A stretch of DNA of 64,000 nt from an uncultured Holophagales bacterium. GTDB taxonomy: Bacteria > Acidobacteriota > Thermoanaerobaculia > Multivoradales > UBA5704. Below the pieces are notes generated by a model, which saw only the letters and a list, made by a program, of their open reading frames with translations, made no database searches and was not told the origin of the DNA. The translations under genes and the position numbers were made by a program. Positions 62,492 through 64,000 of the stretch are shown here, in pieces. The number at the start of each line of letters is the position of its first letter. The first letter of the stretch is position 1. The stretch spans positions 160,001 through 224,000 of the forward strand of contig CAWJGT010000006.1 in NCBI GenBank assembly GCA_963842525.1, read 5' to 3'.

Positions 62492-63943
62492 ATGGCAGAA
62501 GAGAGGCAACCCGTCGAAGCCCGTCCCCCCGCACCCCTGCGGCCGGCCAACAACGCGTCGGCCCTGGAAGAGGTGACGGAGCGGGCGGACACCGTCTGGA
62601 CCCGGGGCTCGGGTCCTCCGGTGTCGGTGAAGAAGTCCGAGCGCCGCGAGCTCAGGGGGCCGCGCGGCCGGGTCGCCATCGTCGATGGGTGCCGCACGCC
62701 GTTCACCAAGTCCGGGACCGACTTCCAGAACATGGATGTGACCGACCTGGCGAGCACGGCGGCGTCCGAGCTGCTCGCGCGCACGGCGATCGACCCCGCG
62801 GGCATCGACCTGTCGGTGTTCGGTGTGGTCGTCCCGGCTTTGCACGCCCCGAACCTGGGCCGCGAGGTGGTCTTCCGCACCTCCATGCCCATGCGCATCC
62901 CCGGAGTGACGGTCAACCTGGCCTGCGCCTCCTCCACCCGCGCGTTGACCTTCGGCGCGGGGGCGATCCTTTCGGGGGAGTGCGACGTGGTGCTGGCCGG
63001 CGGGGCCGAGTCGCTGTCGAACGTGCCGATCCAATTCTCCCGCAAGGCGGCGCACACGTTCATGGAGCTGTCGCGGGCCAAGACGCTGCCGCAGAAGGTG
63101 GGTGCCCTCTCCAAGCTCCGGCCGGCGGACCTGGCGCCCGTGGCCCCCGCCATCGCCGAGTACACCACCGGCATGAGCATGGGCGAGTCGGCCGAGAAGA
63201 TGGCCAAGGAGAACGACATCTCGCGCCGGGCGCAGGACGAGATCGCCCTGATGTCCCACCAGCGCGCAGCCGCCGCCACCGAGGACGGCCGTTTCACCGC
63301 GCAGATGGCCCCGACCTTCCCGCCGCCGCGCTACGACAAGGCGGTCGCCCGGGACAACGGCGTGCGGGCCGACAGCTCCCTGGAGGCGCTCGCCAAGCTC
63401 AAGCCGGTCTTCGACCGCCGCTACGGCACCCTGACGGCAGGCAATTCGAGCCCGCTGACCGACGGCGGCTCGGCCGTGCTCCTGATGAGCGAGGAGCGGG
63501 CGAAGGCGCTCGGCTACACCCCGCTCGGCTATCTCCGCTCCTATGCCTTCACCGCCCTGAACCCGGGCGACCAGCTCCTCCAGGGGCCGGCCTATGCAGC
63601 GCCGGCGGCCCTCGACGCCGCGGGCGTCACCCTGGCCGACATCGACCTGGTGGAGATGCACGAGGCCTTCGCCGCGCAGATCCTCTCCAACATGAAGGCC
63701 TTCGCCTCCAAGAAGTTCGCCCGCGAGGAGCTGGGACGGAGCGAGCCGGTCGGCGTGGTCGACTTCGACCGTTACAACGTGACCGGCGGCTCGATCGCCA
63801 TCGGCCATCCCTTCGGCGCCACCGGCGCCCGCGTCGTCACCCAGCTCCTCTACGAGCTGCGCCGGCGCGGCAAGAACCTCGGGCTGGTGACCGTCTGCGC
63901 CGCGGGCGGCGTCGGCTTCGCCATGGTCGTCGAGCGCGAATAG
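62492..63943 (+). CDS. fadI: Acetyl-CoA C-acyltransferase (FadI-type thiolase)
   Basis: NLACASS, MHEAFAAQ, GHPFGATG, VCAAGG. Confidence 0.9.
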   Translation: MAEERQPVEARPPAPLRPANNASALEEVTERADTVWTRGSGPPVSVKKSERRELRGPRGRVAIVDGCRTPFTKSGTDFQNMDVTDLASTAASELLARTAIDPAGIDLSVFGVVVPALHAPNLGREVVFRTSMPMRIPGVTVNLACASSTRALTFGAGAILSGECDVVLAGGAESLSNVPIQFSRKAAHTFMELSRAKTLPQKVGALSKLRPADLAPVAPAIAEYTTGMSMGESAEKMAKENDISRRAQDEIALMSHQRAAAATEDGRFTAQMAPTFPPPRYDKAVARDNGVRADSSLEALAKLKPVFDRRYGTLTAGNSSPLTDGGSAVLLMSEERAKALGYTPLGYLRSYAFTALNPGDQLLQGPAYAAPAALDAAGVTLADIDLVEMHEAFAAQILSNMKAFASKKFAREELGRSEPVGVVDFDRYNVTGGSIAIGHPFGATGARVVTQLLYELRRRGKNLGLVTVCAAGGVGFAMVVERE

Positions 63944-64000
63944 GGGAGGGGCGTGTCCCCTCCCGCCCCCCTGTCCGGCCTCCTGGTGGTGGACCTCTCC

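Overview
High-GC bacterial chromosomal window from a diderm organism (it encodes LolA and a PilQ secretin). Gene content suggests Acidobacteriota, but that is an inference. Core blocks are folK, lolA-tgt-yajC-secD-secF, rel, rpmB, a pilMNOPQ operon with many single-base indels, an Lhr helicase, an ABC permease/M1-aminopeptidase fusion, cell-wall enzymes and fadI. No tRNA, rRNA, CRISPR array or intact transposase was recognised. The most interesting signal is a module found twice, about 24 kb apart: a small Sec-signal precursor with a [DE]-x-G-x-x-[IV]-D-P-x-G core next to a homologous TPR protein whose N-terminus is an XRE HTH at one locus and a zf-HC2-like motif at the other. This resembles RRNPP peptide signalling, here in a diderm. 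The window also holds several palindromic element families. These include a MITE whose ends carry different cargo and an inverted core, copies read in-frame inside protein genes, a 62-bp palindromic tandem array and a 21-bp-period array. Many genes appear collapsed by internal deletions.
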